Shown here: one piece after another, positions 17,751-27,800 of the stretch
Position numbering within the stretch: position 1 is the first letter of the stretch
How the letters are laid out: the number at the start of each line of letters is the position of its first letter
Assembly: GCA_013359215.1 (NCBI GenBank)
Contig: JABWCH010000011.1
Location: 1 to 53,751 of the forward strand
Reading direction: 5' to 3'
DNA from: Candidatus Brocadiia bacterium
GTDB lineage: Bacteria > Planctomycetota > Uabimicrobiia > Uabimicrobiales > JABWCH01
DNA length: 53,751 nucleotides
Notes under the pieces: model-generated
Told to the model about the DNA's origin: nothing
What the model saw: only the letters and a program-made list of their open reading frames with translations
Database searches by the model: none
Translations under genes and position numbers: made by a program

Positions 17751-17838
17751 GACAAAACTATAGTTTCCTATACAGTAAATTACCACGTGAGTATTATATT
17801 TCGCACCTTCGTGGCTAAGATTGGAATATAGATTAAAG

Positions 17839-18002
17839 ACGACTTGTGCTATAGTTGAAAAGCCTTTAATCTTTGGCCTGAAAGACCTATATATACCAGT
17901 CCATAGGCTGGTATATGCAACCCCTACGGGGTAAAGAAGCCATTATTTCAAAACAAGTTATATCAATATATTAATATTTTTTTTCCAACTGACACAAGTC
18001 GT
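17839..18002. mobile_element. 164-bp MITE (IS982-like ends) carrying a REP-like unit
   Basis: TIRs ACGACTTGTG / CACAAGTCGT (extend imperfectly); perfect 8-bp direct repeat GATTAAAG on both sides. Confidence 0.75.
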
Positions 18003-18066
18003 GATTAAAGTGTATTTATCACTAAAACTATAATTTCCTGTCCATTAAACTATCAGGAATGTTACT

Positions 18067-19128
18067 ATGGCAAAAAAATTGATGAAAGGTTGTGAGGCAT
18101 TGGGAGAAGCCGCCATACAGGCTGGCTGCATCCATTTTTTTGGATACCCCATTACTCCGCAAACCGAAGTACCAGAATATCTATCTCGACGATTGCCTGA
18201 AGTTGGTGGTGTTTATGTCCAGGCAGAAAGCGAAGTTGCTGCTTCCAATATGATCTATGGTTGTGCTGCAACAGGAGTAAGAGTATTCACATCTTCTTCA
18301 AGCCCAGGGATTAGCCTGATGGCTGAAGCTGTTTCGTATATGGCAGGTTCTCAGCTTCCTGTTGTGATTGTCAACATTGTAAGAGGCGGCCCAGGATTAG
18401 GGGGGATTCTTCCTGCCCAATCCGATTACTGGCAGGCAACCCGTGGAATCGGACATGGCGATTTCCGTGTTATAGTTCTTGCTCCTTCCACTGTCCAGGA
18501 AGCGGCTGATTTGATGATAGAAGCTTTTGATATTGCAGACCAATATCGCAATCCTGTCATGATTATAGGAGATGGGATCATTGGTCAGATGATGGAGCCC
18601 GTTGAGTTTAAAAAACGTGAACCCAGAAAGCTTGCCGAAAAGAACTGGGCTGCTAGTGGAGCAAAAGGAAGAGCTGCCAATAAAATACACTCTCTTTTCC
18701 TTGATCCCGTAAAATTAGAAAACCATAATATACTGCTCAAGAAAAAATACGACGAAGTAGAAAAGAACGAACAGCGTTTCGAGCTTTATAACACCCAAAA
18801 GCCTTATGAGCTTTTGATAGTAGCTTATGGCACTATGGCGAGAATATGCAAAACATCCATAGCTCTTTTAGAAGAAGAAAATATTTCCATAGCCTTAGCC
18901 AGGCCAATTAGCCTTTATCCTTATCCATACCAGGCTATCAAGGAAGCTGCCAGAAAGGCAAAACAAGTTTTAGTTGTGGAGCTTTCTATGGGTCAGATGA
19001 TTGAAGATGTAAGGCTGGCAGTAGAAGGCGAAAGACCCATCCATTTTTATGGGCGTAGTGGCGGCATGGTTCCCAGCCCAGAAGAGGTTTGCAGGGAACT
19101 CAAACGCATTCTTGCCAAAAAGCCATAA
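18067..19128 (+). CDS. vorB: 2-oxoacid:ferredoxin oxidoreductase alpha subunit (VorB-type)
   Basis: FFGYPITPQTE, QAESEVAA, TSSSSPGISL and RGGPGLG motifs. Confidence 0.88.
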   Translation: MAKKLMKGCEALGEAAIQAGCIHFFGYPITPQTEVPEYLSRRLPEVGGVYVQAESEVAASNMIYGCAATGVRVFTSSSSPGISLMAEAVSYMAGSQLPVVIVNIVRGGPGLGGILPAQSDYWQATRGIGHGDFRVIVLAPSTVQEAADLMIEAFDIADQYRNPVMIIGDGIIGQMMEPVEFKKREPRKLAEKNWAASGAKGRAANKIHSLFLDPVKLENHNILLKKKYDEVEKNEQRFELYNTQKPYELLIVAYGTMARICKTSIALLEEENISIALARPISLYPYPYQAIKEAARKAKQVLVVELSMGQMIEDVRLAVEGERPIHFYGRSGGMVPSPEEVCRELKRILAKKP

Positions 19129-19165
19129 AAATACATGCTATCAACCTTTAAAAATGGAGTAAAAT

Positions 19166-19918
19166 ATGCAAGCAATTTTTAGCAGACCCAAATCTATGTC
19201 TACTACCATAAGCCACTATTGCCCTGGCTGTACTCATGGTATTATCCACCGATTGATTGGCGAGGTTTTGGATGAATACAATCTTAAAGAAAAAACAGTG
19301 GGCGTTGCTCCCGTTGGCTGTGCGGTTTTGGCCTATAATTATCTCGATGTGGATTTTATAGAAGCAGCCCATGGCAGAGCTCCTGCTGTAGCGACAGGGG
19401 CCAAGCGTGGCCGTCCCGATCTCTTTGTTTTTACCTATCAAGGGGATGGCGATTTGGCATCTATTGGCATGGGCGAAATCGTGCATGCTGCAAACCGAGG
19501 CGAAAAAATATCTGTAGTTTTTGTCAATAACGCCATTTACGGCATGACAGGCGGACAAATGGCACCCACAACTCTACCTATGCAAGTCACTTCGACTTGC
19601 CCTCAAGGCAGAGATGTACAAACCGCAGGCTTTCCTATCCAAGTAGCTGAGATGCTTTCTTCTCTCAGGACAGATGCTTTTATTGCAAGAGTCTCTAGCC
19701 ATTCCCCCAAAAATATCATTGAAGCAAAAAAAATTCTCAAAAGGGCTTTTGGCTATCAGGTAAGCGGAAGATGCTTTAGCCTTGTAGAATTTCTATCCAC
19801 CTGCCCTACAAACTGGGGTCTTCCTCCCAAAAAAGCAACAGAGTGGCTAGAACAAAATATGATTCCTTACTATCCACTAAGAATTTTCAAAACACCAGAA
19901 GAAGGTAAAATTTTATAA
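19166..19918 (+). CDS. 2-oxoacid:ferredoxin oxidoreductase beta (TPP-binding) subunit
   Basis: YCPGCTHG, QGDGD, NNAIYGMTGGQ and CPTNW motifs. Confidence 0.92.
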   Translation: MQAIFSRPKSMSTTISHYCPGCTHGIIHRLIGEVLDEYNLKEKTVGVAPVGCAVLAYNYLDVDFIEAAHGRAPAVATGAKRGRPDLFVFTYQGDGDLASIGMGEIVHAANRGEKISVVFVNNAIYGMTGGQMAPTTLPMQVTSTCPQGRDVQTAGFPIQVAEMLSSLRTDAFIARVSSHSPKNIIEAKKILKRAFGYQVSGRCFSLVEFLSTCPTNWGLPPKKATEWLEQNMIPYYPLRIFKTPEEGKIL

Positions 19919-19954
19919 CAATCGCGTATATCCCAAGTAACAAAAATATTTACC

Positions 19955-20317
19955 TATAACACTGCTGACTTAATTTGACAATGTTAAATCAAAGATTAAA
20001 GAAAAGAGAACCACAGGTAAACACGGATAAATAGAAAGAAATAAAATTATCCATTCGTTCCATTCGGTCATTCGTCAAATTCGTGATAAAAATGCTTTTC
20101 CTGTTTATCCGGGTTATGGATAATCCGAGCGTAGTGTAAGACTTCTGTAAGGAATCAAAAATAGTACCGCCTGGCAAATCAAAAAATTTTATTCGACTCG
20201 TAAGCCTGGCACAAAGAAAAAGGGGATACCTGTTTTTTTGATTCCTGAAAGAAGGCTTACACGAAGCGATCGCTTCCGATAGAACCCACTTGATATTGTT
20301 AAGTTGACAGCCTTATA
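19955..20317. mobile_element. Composite IS4-like MITE containing family A2 and family C repeats
   Basis: Imperfect TIRs TATAACACTGCTGACTTAA / TTAAGTTGACAGCCTTATA match the ends of 49501-49629; contains 20009-20118 and 20127-20271. Confidence 0.65.
20127..20271. repeat. Family C palindrome-ended element, copy 2
   Basis: Near-identical to 14017-14163. Confidence 0.9.
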
Positions 20318-20406
20318 GGCTAAAATATAAATCCTTTCAGGGTAAAGAATTACATCGAAAAGTTAACACTCATTATGTTCACGTTATATAATGCGAAAGG
20401 CAAGAT

Positions 20407-20958
20407 ATGCAAAGTGAAGTGATTATGGCAGGATTTGGCGGGCAAGGAATCATGCTAATTGGCAAAATTCTTGCTTATGCAGGTATGGAAGAAGGCAAGG
20501 AAGTATCCTGGTTGCCTTCTTATGGGCCTGAGATGAGAGGTGGTACGGCCAATTGTACGGTTGTATTATCAGACCACCCTATTGGATCGCCTGTTGTGGA
20601 CTCTCCTTTTGGACTGGTTGTGATGAACCGTCCCTCGCTAGACCGTTTTGCTCCTAATCTCAAAAGCAAAGGGATTCTGATCATCAACAAATCTTTGATT
20701 GATGTTTTATCTCCCAGGGAAGACGTTGACACTGTATATGTCCCTTGTAATGACATTGCTATAGAATGCGGTACAGGAAAAGCAGCTAACATGGTTGCTT
20801 TAGGAGCTTATATTGGCCGATCTAAAGCAGTAAAACTAGAGACTGTCTATACTCAAATCCAAAGCCAGTTTTCAGGAAATACCAAACTCATTTCTCTAAA
20901 TATGGCAGCCCTCAAAAGAGGATACGATTTAGCGAACAAAGAGCAAACTAGCGTTTAA
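20407..20958 (+). CDS. 2-oxoacid:ferredoxin oxidoreductase gamma subunit
   Basis: AGFGGQG, PSYGPEMRGG and ANMVALGA motifs. Confidence 0.93.
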   Translation: MQSEVIMAGFGGQGIMLIGKILAYAGMEEGKEVSWLPSYGPEMRGGTANCTVVLSDHPIGSPVVDSPFGLVVMNRPSLDRFAPNLKSKGILIINKSLIDVLSPREDVDTVYVPCNDIAIECGTGKAANMVALGAYIGRSKAVKLETVYTQIQSQFSGNTKLISLNMAALKRGYDLANKEQTSV

Positions 20959-20968
20959 GGATGTAAAA

Positions 20969-21439
20969 ATGGAATGCTTGGATATGACAAAAGTCGAAGA
21001 AATTCTAAAGGCTTATCCCCAGAATGAAACTTCTTTGATTATGGTTTTGCAGGATATTCACGATACCTTTCATTATCTCCCATGCGATGCGCTCAAAAAA
21101 GTCGCACAAGAACTGCAAGTGCCTTTTTCTAAAGTTTTTAGCGTTACTACATTTTATAAAGCCTTTAGCTTGAATCCTAAAGGAAAAAAAATCATCCGCG
21201 TATGCTTAGGAACAGCATGCCACATAAGAGGCGGATCTGAAATCATCCAGGAATTTGAAAGGCAGCTAGGCATTCTTCGCTCCCAAACGACTCAAAACCA
21301 AGAATTTACATTGGAAACAGTAAATTGCGTAGGAGCATGCGCTATGGCACCCGTTGTGGTTGTCAACGAAGAATACCATCGCAGCGTAACGACAATAAAG
21401 GTAAAAGATATCCTTAAGGGAGAAAAGAATGAAGATTAA
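20969..21439 (+). CDS. NuoE/HydC-like [2Fe-2S] subunit
   Basis: VCLGTACH...VNCVGAC thioredoxin-like 2Fe-2S motif. Confidence 0.92.
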   Translation: MECLDMTKVEEILKAYPQNETSLIMVLQDIHDTFHYLPCDALKKVAQELQVPFSKVFSVTTFYKAFSLNPKGKKIIRVCLGTACHIRGGSEIIQEFERQLGILRSQTTQNQEFTLETVNCVGACAMAPVVVVNEEYHRSVTTIKVKDILKGEKNED

Positions 21440-23291
21440 TTCGCTTAAAGATTATCAGGATGTACGCAAGCAGCTTCTTCTTTTAGAGCCTCCAGAGCAA
21501 AAAAAAATCCTGGTTTGTTGTGGTACAGGTTGCAGAGCAGGCGGAAGCCTGGAAATCGTCCACAGGCTGGAAGAAGAACTAAAGGCAAAGAATATTTCCG
21601 CCAGCATAGAAATGGTCGTCAAAAAGCCAGGATGCCAGGGAATGTGCGAAAAAGGCCCTCTTGTATGGTTTGTACCCCAGGGAATCTTTTACTGCTCTGT
21701 CAAGCCATCAGACGTAATAGAGATTGTAGAAAAAACTATATCCAAAGGGGAAGTCATAGAAAGGCTTTTATACAAAGACAATGCAAGCAAAGAAAAAATT
21801 GCCCACTATGAAAAAATTCCTTTTATTTTCAGACAAAATCGCCTTGTCTTAAGGAATATGGGCGTTATAGATCCCACAGACATAAGAGACTACATCCGAG
21901 TTGGCGGTTATGAAACTTTACTGGAAGTCCTTGATAAAAAAAGAGATCCAGACGCAATTATTGATGAGATAGAAAAATCAGGGCTTAGAGGAAGAGGCGG
22001 CGGCGGATTTTTGACAGGCAGAAAATGGAAAGCCTGCAAAAAAGCACAAGGCACACGATATGTGCTTTGCAATGGCGATGAAGGTGACCCTGGTGCTTTC
22101 ATGGATCGCAGCATCATGGAAGGCGATCCTCACAGTATTCTTGAAGGAATGATTCTAGGTGGATATGCCCTTTGCTCCCAGGAAGGATATATCTATGTTC
22201 GCCATGAATATCCTCTTGCTGTGAAACATCTGATGCATGCAATTCAGGAAGCAAAAGAATATGGACTTCTTGGAGAAAATATTGCTGGGTCTTCTTTTTC
22301 TTTTGACATCCACATCAACCGAGGCGGAGGAGCTTTTGTATGTGGCGAATCCAGCGCATTGATGAGATCATTGGAAGGCAAAGTCGGAGAGCCTAGAGCG
22401 AAATATGTTCATGCAACCGACAGAGGACTTTTCGATAGCCCTACAGTTCTCAACAATGTAGAAACTTGGGCTAATGTCCCTTTGATTATCCAAAAAGGAT
22501 CAGGCTGGTTTAGCAAAATCGGCACAGAAAAAAGCACAGGCACTAAGGTTTTTTCTCTTGTTGGCAAAGTAAAAAATACAGGTCTGATTGAAGTAGCCAT
22601 GGGAACAACCTTGCGAGAAGTGATCTTTGGAATCGGCGGAGGCATCATTGGCGACCGTCCCTTCAAAGCCGTCCAGACTGGTGGGCCAAGCGGCGGATGT
22701 CTCCCAGCGTCTCATCTGGACTGTGCCGTAGATTTCGATACGCTCACAAAAGCAGGATCTATGATGGGTTCTGGTGGCATGATTGTAATGGATGATCGCA
22801 CTTGTATGGTCGATGTGGCAAAATATTTTACCCAATTCCTGATTCAGGAATCTTGTGGGAAATGCTTGCCTTGCAGGGAAGGATTGCCTCAGCTTTACCA
22901 TTTGCTTCAGGAAATCGTAGAGGGGAGAGGAAAAAGAGAGTACCTGAAAAAGATAGAAGAGCTTGCCCAGGTTCTTCAGGATACTTCCTTATGTGGCTTA
23001 GGAAGCACATCGGCTAATCCTGTCATGAGTACTTTGCGGTATTTCCGAGAAGAATACCTTCTCCATATTTTAGACAAGAGCTGTCCTGCTGGAGTATGCA
23101 AGGCATTGACATCTTTTACCATCAATGAAAAATGCACAGGCTGCGGGGCTTGTATGAGAATATGCCCTGTGGAAGCCATATCTGGGCAAAAAAGAGAAAA
23201 GCATGAAATTGTACAGGCAAAGTGCATCCAATGCGGTTCTTGTTACTCTGTTTGCAAGTTTGACGCTATTACGATAGGAAAAAGATCATGA
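21429..23291 (+). CDS. NuoF/HydB-like FMN/NAD(H)-binding subunit (long, bifurcating type)
   Basis: N-terminal 2Fe-2S domain, [27 protein letters not shown]...CGLG, CPAGVC and two C-terminal 4Fe-4S motifs. Confidence 0.93.
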   Translation: MKINSLKDYQDVRKQLLLLEPPEQKKILVCCGTGCRAGGSLEIVHRLEEELKAKNISASIEMVVKKPGCQGMCEKGPLVWFVPQGIFYCSVKPSDVIEIVEKTISKGEVIERLLYKDNASKEKIAHYEKIPFIFRQNRLVLRNMGVIDPTDIRDYIRVGGYETLLEVLDKKRDPDAIIDEIEKSGLRGRGGGGFLTGRKWKACKKAQGTRYVLCNGDEGDPGAFMDRSIMEGDPHSILEGMILGGYALCSQEGYIYVRHEYPLAVKHLMHAIQEAKEYGLLGENIAGSSFSFDIHINRGGGAFVCGESSALMRSLEGKVGEPRAKYVHATDRGLFDSPTVLNNVETWANVPLIIQKGSGWFSKIGTEKSTGTKVFSLVGKVKNTGLIEVAMGTTLREVIFGIGGGIIGDRPFKAVQTGGPSGGCLPASHLDCAVDFDTLTKAGSMMGSGGMIVMDDRTCMVDVAKYFTQFLIQESCGKCLPCREGLPQLYHLLQEIVEGRGKREYLKKIEELAQVLQDTSLCGLGSTSANPVMSTLRYFREEYLLHILDKSCPAGVCKALTSFTINEKCTGCGACMRICPVEAISGQKREKHEIVQAKCIQCGSCYSVCKFDAITIGKRS

Positions 23292-24037
23292 TTCTCACAA
23301 TAGATGGCAAAAAAATTTCTTCACAAGAAGGCGAAAGCATTTTAGATGTTGCCAAAAGAGCGAACATCGCTATTCCTACACTATGCTACAAGCCATGGAC
23401 AGAAGCTCATGGCGGATGCCGCCTTTGTTCTGTTGAAATTACAAGAGACAGCTGGGATGGATGGAAGAAAGTGGTTACTTCCTGCAACCACCCTGCCCAG
23501 GATGGTCTTATTGTATATACAAACACAGAACGAATCCTGAAATTACGCAAAACTCTTCTTGATCTTTTGCTGGCACGCTGCCCTCAAACCCCTGAAGTCC
23601 AAAAGATGGCAAAAGAATATGGCATAGAAACAACATCATATAAGGAACGCGAAAATCCTGATGACTGCATTCTTTGTGGCCTTTGCGTAAAAGCATGCGA
23701 AGCGATTGGGGCAAATGCCATTTCAACTGTCCTTCGTGGCATAGAAAAAAAGATCGACACTCCCTATTCTCAGCCAAACGATGCTTGTATTGGATGTGCT
23801 TCTTGCGCAGAAGTTTGCCCAACACATCATATTCAGTACCAGGAAAAGGAAGGAATACGTCATATTTGGAAACAGGATTTCCCTTTGCTGAAATGCTCTC
23901 AATGCGGAAGAACCATCATAACCAAAGCGCAAAGAGACCATTTTATGGAAAAATCCCATTTGTCCGCCAGGTATTTCGAAAAATGCGAACTATGCCATAA
24001 AAAAGAAACCGCAGAGCAGTTCTATAAGCTACGCTAA
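23288..24037 (+). CDS. NuoG/HydA N-terminal-like Fe-S protein without a catalytic domain
   Basis: IPTLC..GGCRLC..TSC 2Fe-2S; CILCGLC and CIGCASC 4Fe-4S; extra CSQC...CELC; only 249 aa. Confidence 0.88.
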   Translation: MILTIDGKKISSQEGESILDVAKRANIAIPTLCYKPWTEAHGGCRLCSVEITRDSWDGWKKVVTSCNHPAQDGLIVYTNTERILKLRKTLLDLLLARCPQTPEVQKMAKEYGIETTSYKERENPDDCILCGLCVKACEAIGANAISTVLRGIEKKIDTPYSQPNDACIGCASCAEVCPTHHIQYQEKEGIRHIWKQDFPLLKCSQCGRTIITKAQRDHFMEKSHLSARYFEKCELCHKKETAEQFYKLR

Positions 24038-24048
24038 GGAGATTTTTA

Positions 24049-24084
24049 TTTGGGGGAAAATTTTTGTAAAAATTTTCCCCCAAA
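24049..24084. terminator. Perfect 17-bp-arm palindrome ending the oxidoreductase operon
   Basis: TTTGGGGGAAAATTTTT-GT-AAAAATTTTCCCCCAAA; related palindrome at 34531-34569. Confidence 0.6.
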
Positions 24085-24270
24085 CCCCCTTTAAAAACTT
24101 TTATAATTTTATTTTACAATAGGTTATGATAAAAATAAAAATAAATTTTGTTTTTCCTCTGCGTCTTTGCGGTGAAATATTATGGGCTAAGGAATAAAGC
24201 TTGGGCATTCATACCAGGTTTATGAAAAATGGCTTATCAAACAATACGGAAACTTTGGTGGAAAATTTTA

Positions 24271-24298
24271 TTGACTTTTTGATGTAAAAGGCTAGAAT
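24271..24298 (+). promoter_or_regulatory. Putative sigma70 promoter of yajC-secDF
   Basis: TTGACT, 16-nt spacer, TAGAAT. Confidence 0.55.
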
Positions 24299-24334
24299 CT
24301 GGTTCAAAGAAACTATTTAAATTTAGGAGTAGCT

Positions 24335-24661
24335 ATGTTTTTTCTGATGCAACCACCAGCAGGTGGGCAGTCTACAATTTGGGATATTTTAACCCCTTTT
24401 ATCATTGTTTTTTTTATCATGTGGCTTTTGGTCATTCGTCCACAAAGGAAAGAACAAAAAAAACGAGAAGAGATGCTGCTTGCTCTCAAAAAGGGAGACA
24501 GAGTCGTTACCAATGCAGGAATCATTGGTAAAGTAGTTAAAATCAAAGAAGAAAAAGTAGAAATCAAGGTAGATGAATCTAACGATACCAAGATTACTTT
24601 CTTGCGTTCTGCCATTTTAAATGTAGTGGAAGACAAAGAAAAAGAAGACGAGAAAAAATAA
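24335..24661 (+). CDS. yajC: Preprotein translocase subunit YajC
   Basis: TM helix, IRPQRK and LKKGDRVVTNAGIIG. Confidence 0.96.
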   Translation: MFFLMQPPAGGQSTIWDILTPFIIVFFIMWLLVIRPQRKEQKKREEMLLALKKGDRVVTNAGIIGKVVKIKEEKVEIKVDESNDTKITFLRSAILNVVEDKEKEDEKK

Positions 24662-24875
24662 TTTCTAATGAGTTGTAACAGTTGAAAAGCCAGTAGTTAT
24701 GCCTGAAAGGGCTGCATATACTTAAGACCATGACGCTGTTGAATCAACAAATCATCTATTGGAATCGGGCCGTTGTATATGGATGCGACAGATACCATCT
24801 CTGTTGTTCCGCTTCCCTTAAATCGTCAGGGCCTTGAGCAATACAAAATCGTACAAGAAAGGAAAGAAAAATTTT

Positions 24876-27800
24876 ATGAGAGGGGAGAGAATATTTATTC
24901 TTCTAGGAGCATTGAGTGCTATTCTCCTTGTAATTCTTTTTGCTTTACTCTTATGCTGTCCTCCCGAACACCGTCCTTTGTTCAAGGATCTTCTATCAGA
25001 GTATAAAGTGCACTATGGTTTGGATTTAAAAGGTGGATCTGAGCTTCTTTATCAAATTAGCCAGAAAGACATTGATCCTACCAGAAATTTGAGCGATGTA
25101 CTCGATGAAACCATAGGCGTTATCAGCCAGCGTATTTTTGAATCCAACATCGTCAAAGACCCCAAAGTTCAAAAACAGGGCGAAGAACTGATTCTGATTC
25201 AATTGCCTGGTTTGAACCAGGTAGAAACCGATGCTATCAAGAGAGAAATCGAAAGACTGGGAAACCTGGAATTCCGTCTTGTCGCATCCAAAGGTATCGG
25301 CGCGGAAATAGATGAAACAGAAGAACGCTCCAAATACGAAACTATGCTTTCTTTGGGCGAGGCCAGCCTTAAAGACTACCAGAACGAACTTCTGGCAAAA
25401 GGATATTACTGGTATGCTCCCAGAGACGATAGCACCAAAAGCGGAAGCCAGGCTCATTTGCTTTGGATTAAAGATGGATATGATTTTACAGGAAAAAAAT
25501 TCCGCAATTTCTATTCCACAACACACGAAGCTAGAAAAGCCATTGGTTTCGAGCTAAAAGAAGAACACAAAGCCTATTTTGGTGACTTTACCAACAAATA
25601 CAAAAATGAGAGACTCGCGATTGTTTTCAACAACAAAGTTGTCTCTGCCCCTACAATCAATGGCCGTATTGATGGCGTAGGCGTTATGGTGGGCTTTGAT
25701 GTAAAAGAGCTGGATCTTCTTATGAAACTCCTTCGCTCAGGTTCTCTCGAAGTGCAACCTGAGTTGATGAACGAAAACAGCATTGGGCCAAGCTTAGGAG
25801 AAGATGCTGTCCGATTAGGCGTTTCTGCTGGTCTGTTAGGTGTATTGTGCGTAATTCTTTTTATGGCAATGTATTATTTAGGCTTAGGAATCATCGCCAA
25901 TATCGCCATGCTCACCAACGTAATCCTGATGGGAGCTATTCTGGTGATCTGGGGCGAAACCCTTACTTTGCCTGGTATTGCAGGTATTCTCTTGACTATG
26001 GGTATGTCTGTAGATGCCAACATTCTGATTTTTGAAAGAATCCGAGAAGAAAAGAAAAAACGCCTGGATGCTTACAAACTCGAAACTGGCAAAGAAAAAA
26101 CTTCTTTCAATAGTGCTGAGTTGATGGATATCCAGAACAATGGTTATGATCGCGCTTTTGTAACCATCTTTGATTCCAACATCACAACCTTGTTTACCGC
26201 TTTGATTCTTTATTTCATCGGTTCTGGCCCAGTCAAAGGTTTTGGTTTTACCCTTTCCTGGGGTATCCTGACCAACTTCTTCACTGCGATTGTATTGAGC
26301 CGTATATTGTCTTCCCTTGCTATACAGATGGGCTTAATGCGCAGCATGAGCATGTTCGAATGGGTAAAATCCGATAGAGGTTATAAATTTACAAATGTCA
26401 TGCACTATGCCTGGGTTTATTCTGTTATTCTAATCGCTTTGGGAATGTCCTTATTTGTATCCCGTGGCGAACAAAACTATGGCCTGGATCTCAGAGGTGG
26501 TATTTTGGCTCAGATCAATCTGGAAAAGCCTCTTACCACACAAGAAGTAAGAGAGAGACTCAAAGGCAAATTCCAGGTAGAAATCCAGCACATCATTACC
26601 GAAGAAGGTCTGAAGCAAGAAGGTTGGTATAACTTCCTTGTGCAGATGCCCAATCTGAATCTGGACAAAATCGAAACAATCAATGTAAAACTGGCAGAAT
26701 TGTCTGGCGAACTGAATGCTAAGAATGCCACTTTGAAAGAATACACATCGATTGTCATTCGCACAGAAGAAGACCTCAAAAGATCCAAAAGAGCATTAAA
26801 CCGATTGATGCGCGATAAAGCCTCTGAAGAAAATATCCAAAAGGCAAAACAGGATATTAAGCTTAGAGAAGATAAAATCAAAAACAACCGCGATCAGGTA
26901 AGTGCTGCTGAAAAAGAAATTGAAAAAATCAAAGGAGAAAGAGAAAAATTGCTCAAGGAAAAGAATGTTCTGGGCGGAAGCGAAGAACTCAGAAAAGAAA
27001 TCCAAGAGCAATTCAAAGCAGAACTCGCTCCTCTTCCTTTTGGAAAAATACAGGCAGGCGAAGGCCAGTTCAACAACTACCATATTATTCCCCTTAGCAT
27101 GAGTACTCCCATTTCAAGCGAATTTGCGCAAAAGACCTTAAGCACAAGCAAAAAGCTTTTCAGGGAAGTTCATGTTGGAAACAAACAGTTGGGTGGATTG
27201 CTCAAAGTTAAAAAAGATAGCGGTCTTTCTGAAAGTGCTTTAGCAGAGCTTATCCAAAAGCAACTGGATATGGTTTCTCGTATAGAGGCAGATAAAATCG
27301 AGAAGATCGAAGTAAAGAAAAGCCAGCAAGAAAACGAATATTCTGTGGTGGTTTCTTTTACATCTGTTGTTCCAGAGTATTCTATTCTCAGGGCTTTGGA
27401 TGAATGCAACCTGGAATCCTATAAAGTTTCCGCTTTGGACAATGGACAAAGCGAAATGAAACGTTTCCACGTCTTTATGCTCTTACCCTTGAAAGAAATC
27501 CAGAATAGCGCGGACGAAATCCAGCATAAAGTGGAAGAAGAGCTGCGCCAGGCTTTTGATGAAAAAGAATATAAAGAAGAAAAAGTGTATTTCTCCAACC
27601 CATTCCCTAGATTTACTCAGGTTTCTGGGCTTGTAGCTAAGGCACAAAAAGCAAAAGCATATCAGGCTATTGTTCTATCTCTCATCATGATTATGCTTTA
27701 CATTGCGTTCCGTTTCCCCAATGGAATGATCTATGGATTTGGTTCTGTGGTTGCTCTTGCACACGATGTTCTATTCACAATGGGTGCTATTGCATTCTTT

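Noticed and set aside
20969-24037. Respiratory complex I (nuoEFG) or [FeFe]-hydrogenase
   Set aside because: No nuoA-D/H-N genes, and the 249-aa subunit lacks H-cluster motifs and a molybdopterin domain.
24730-24837. SecDF arrest peptide
   Set aside because: The 35-aa uORF has no signal or TM segment, no RAPP-like motif and no clear Shine-Dalgarno.
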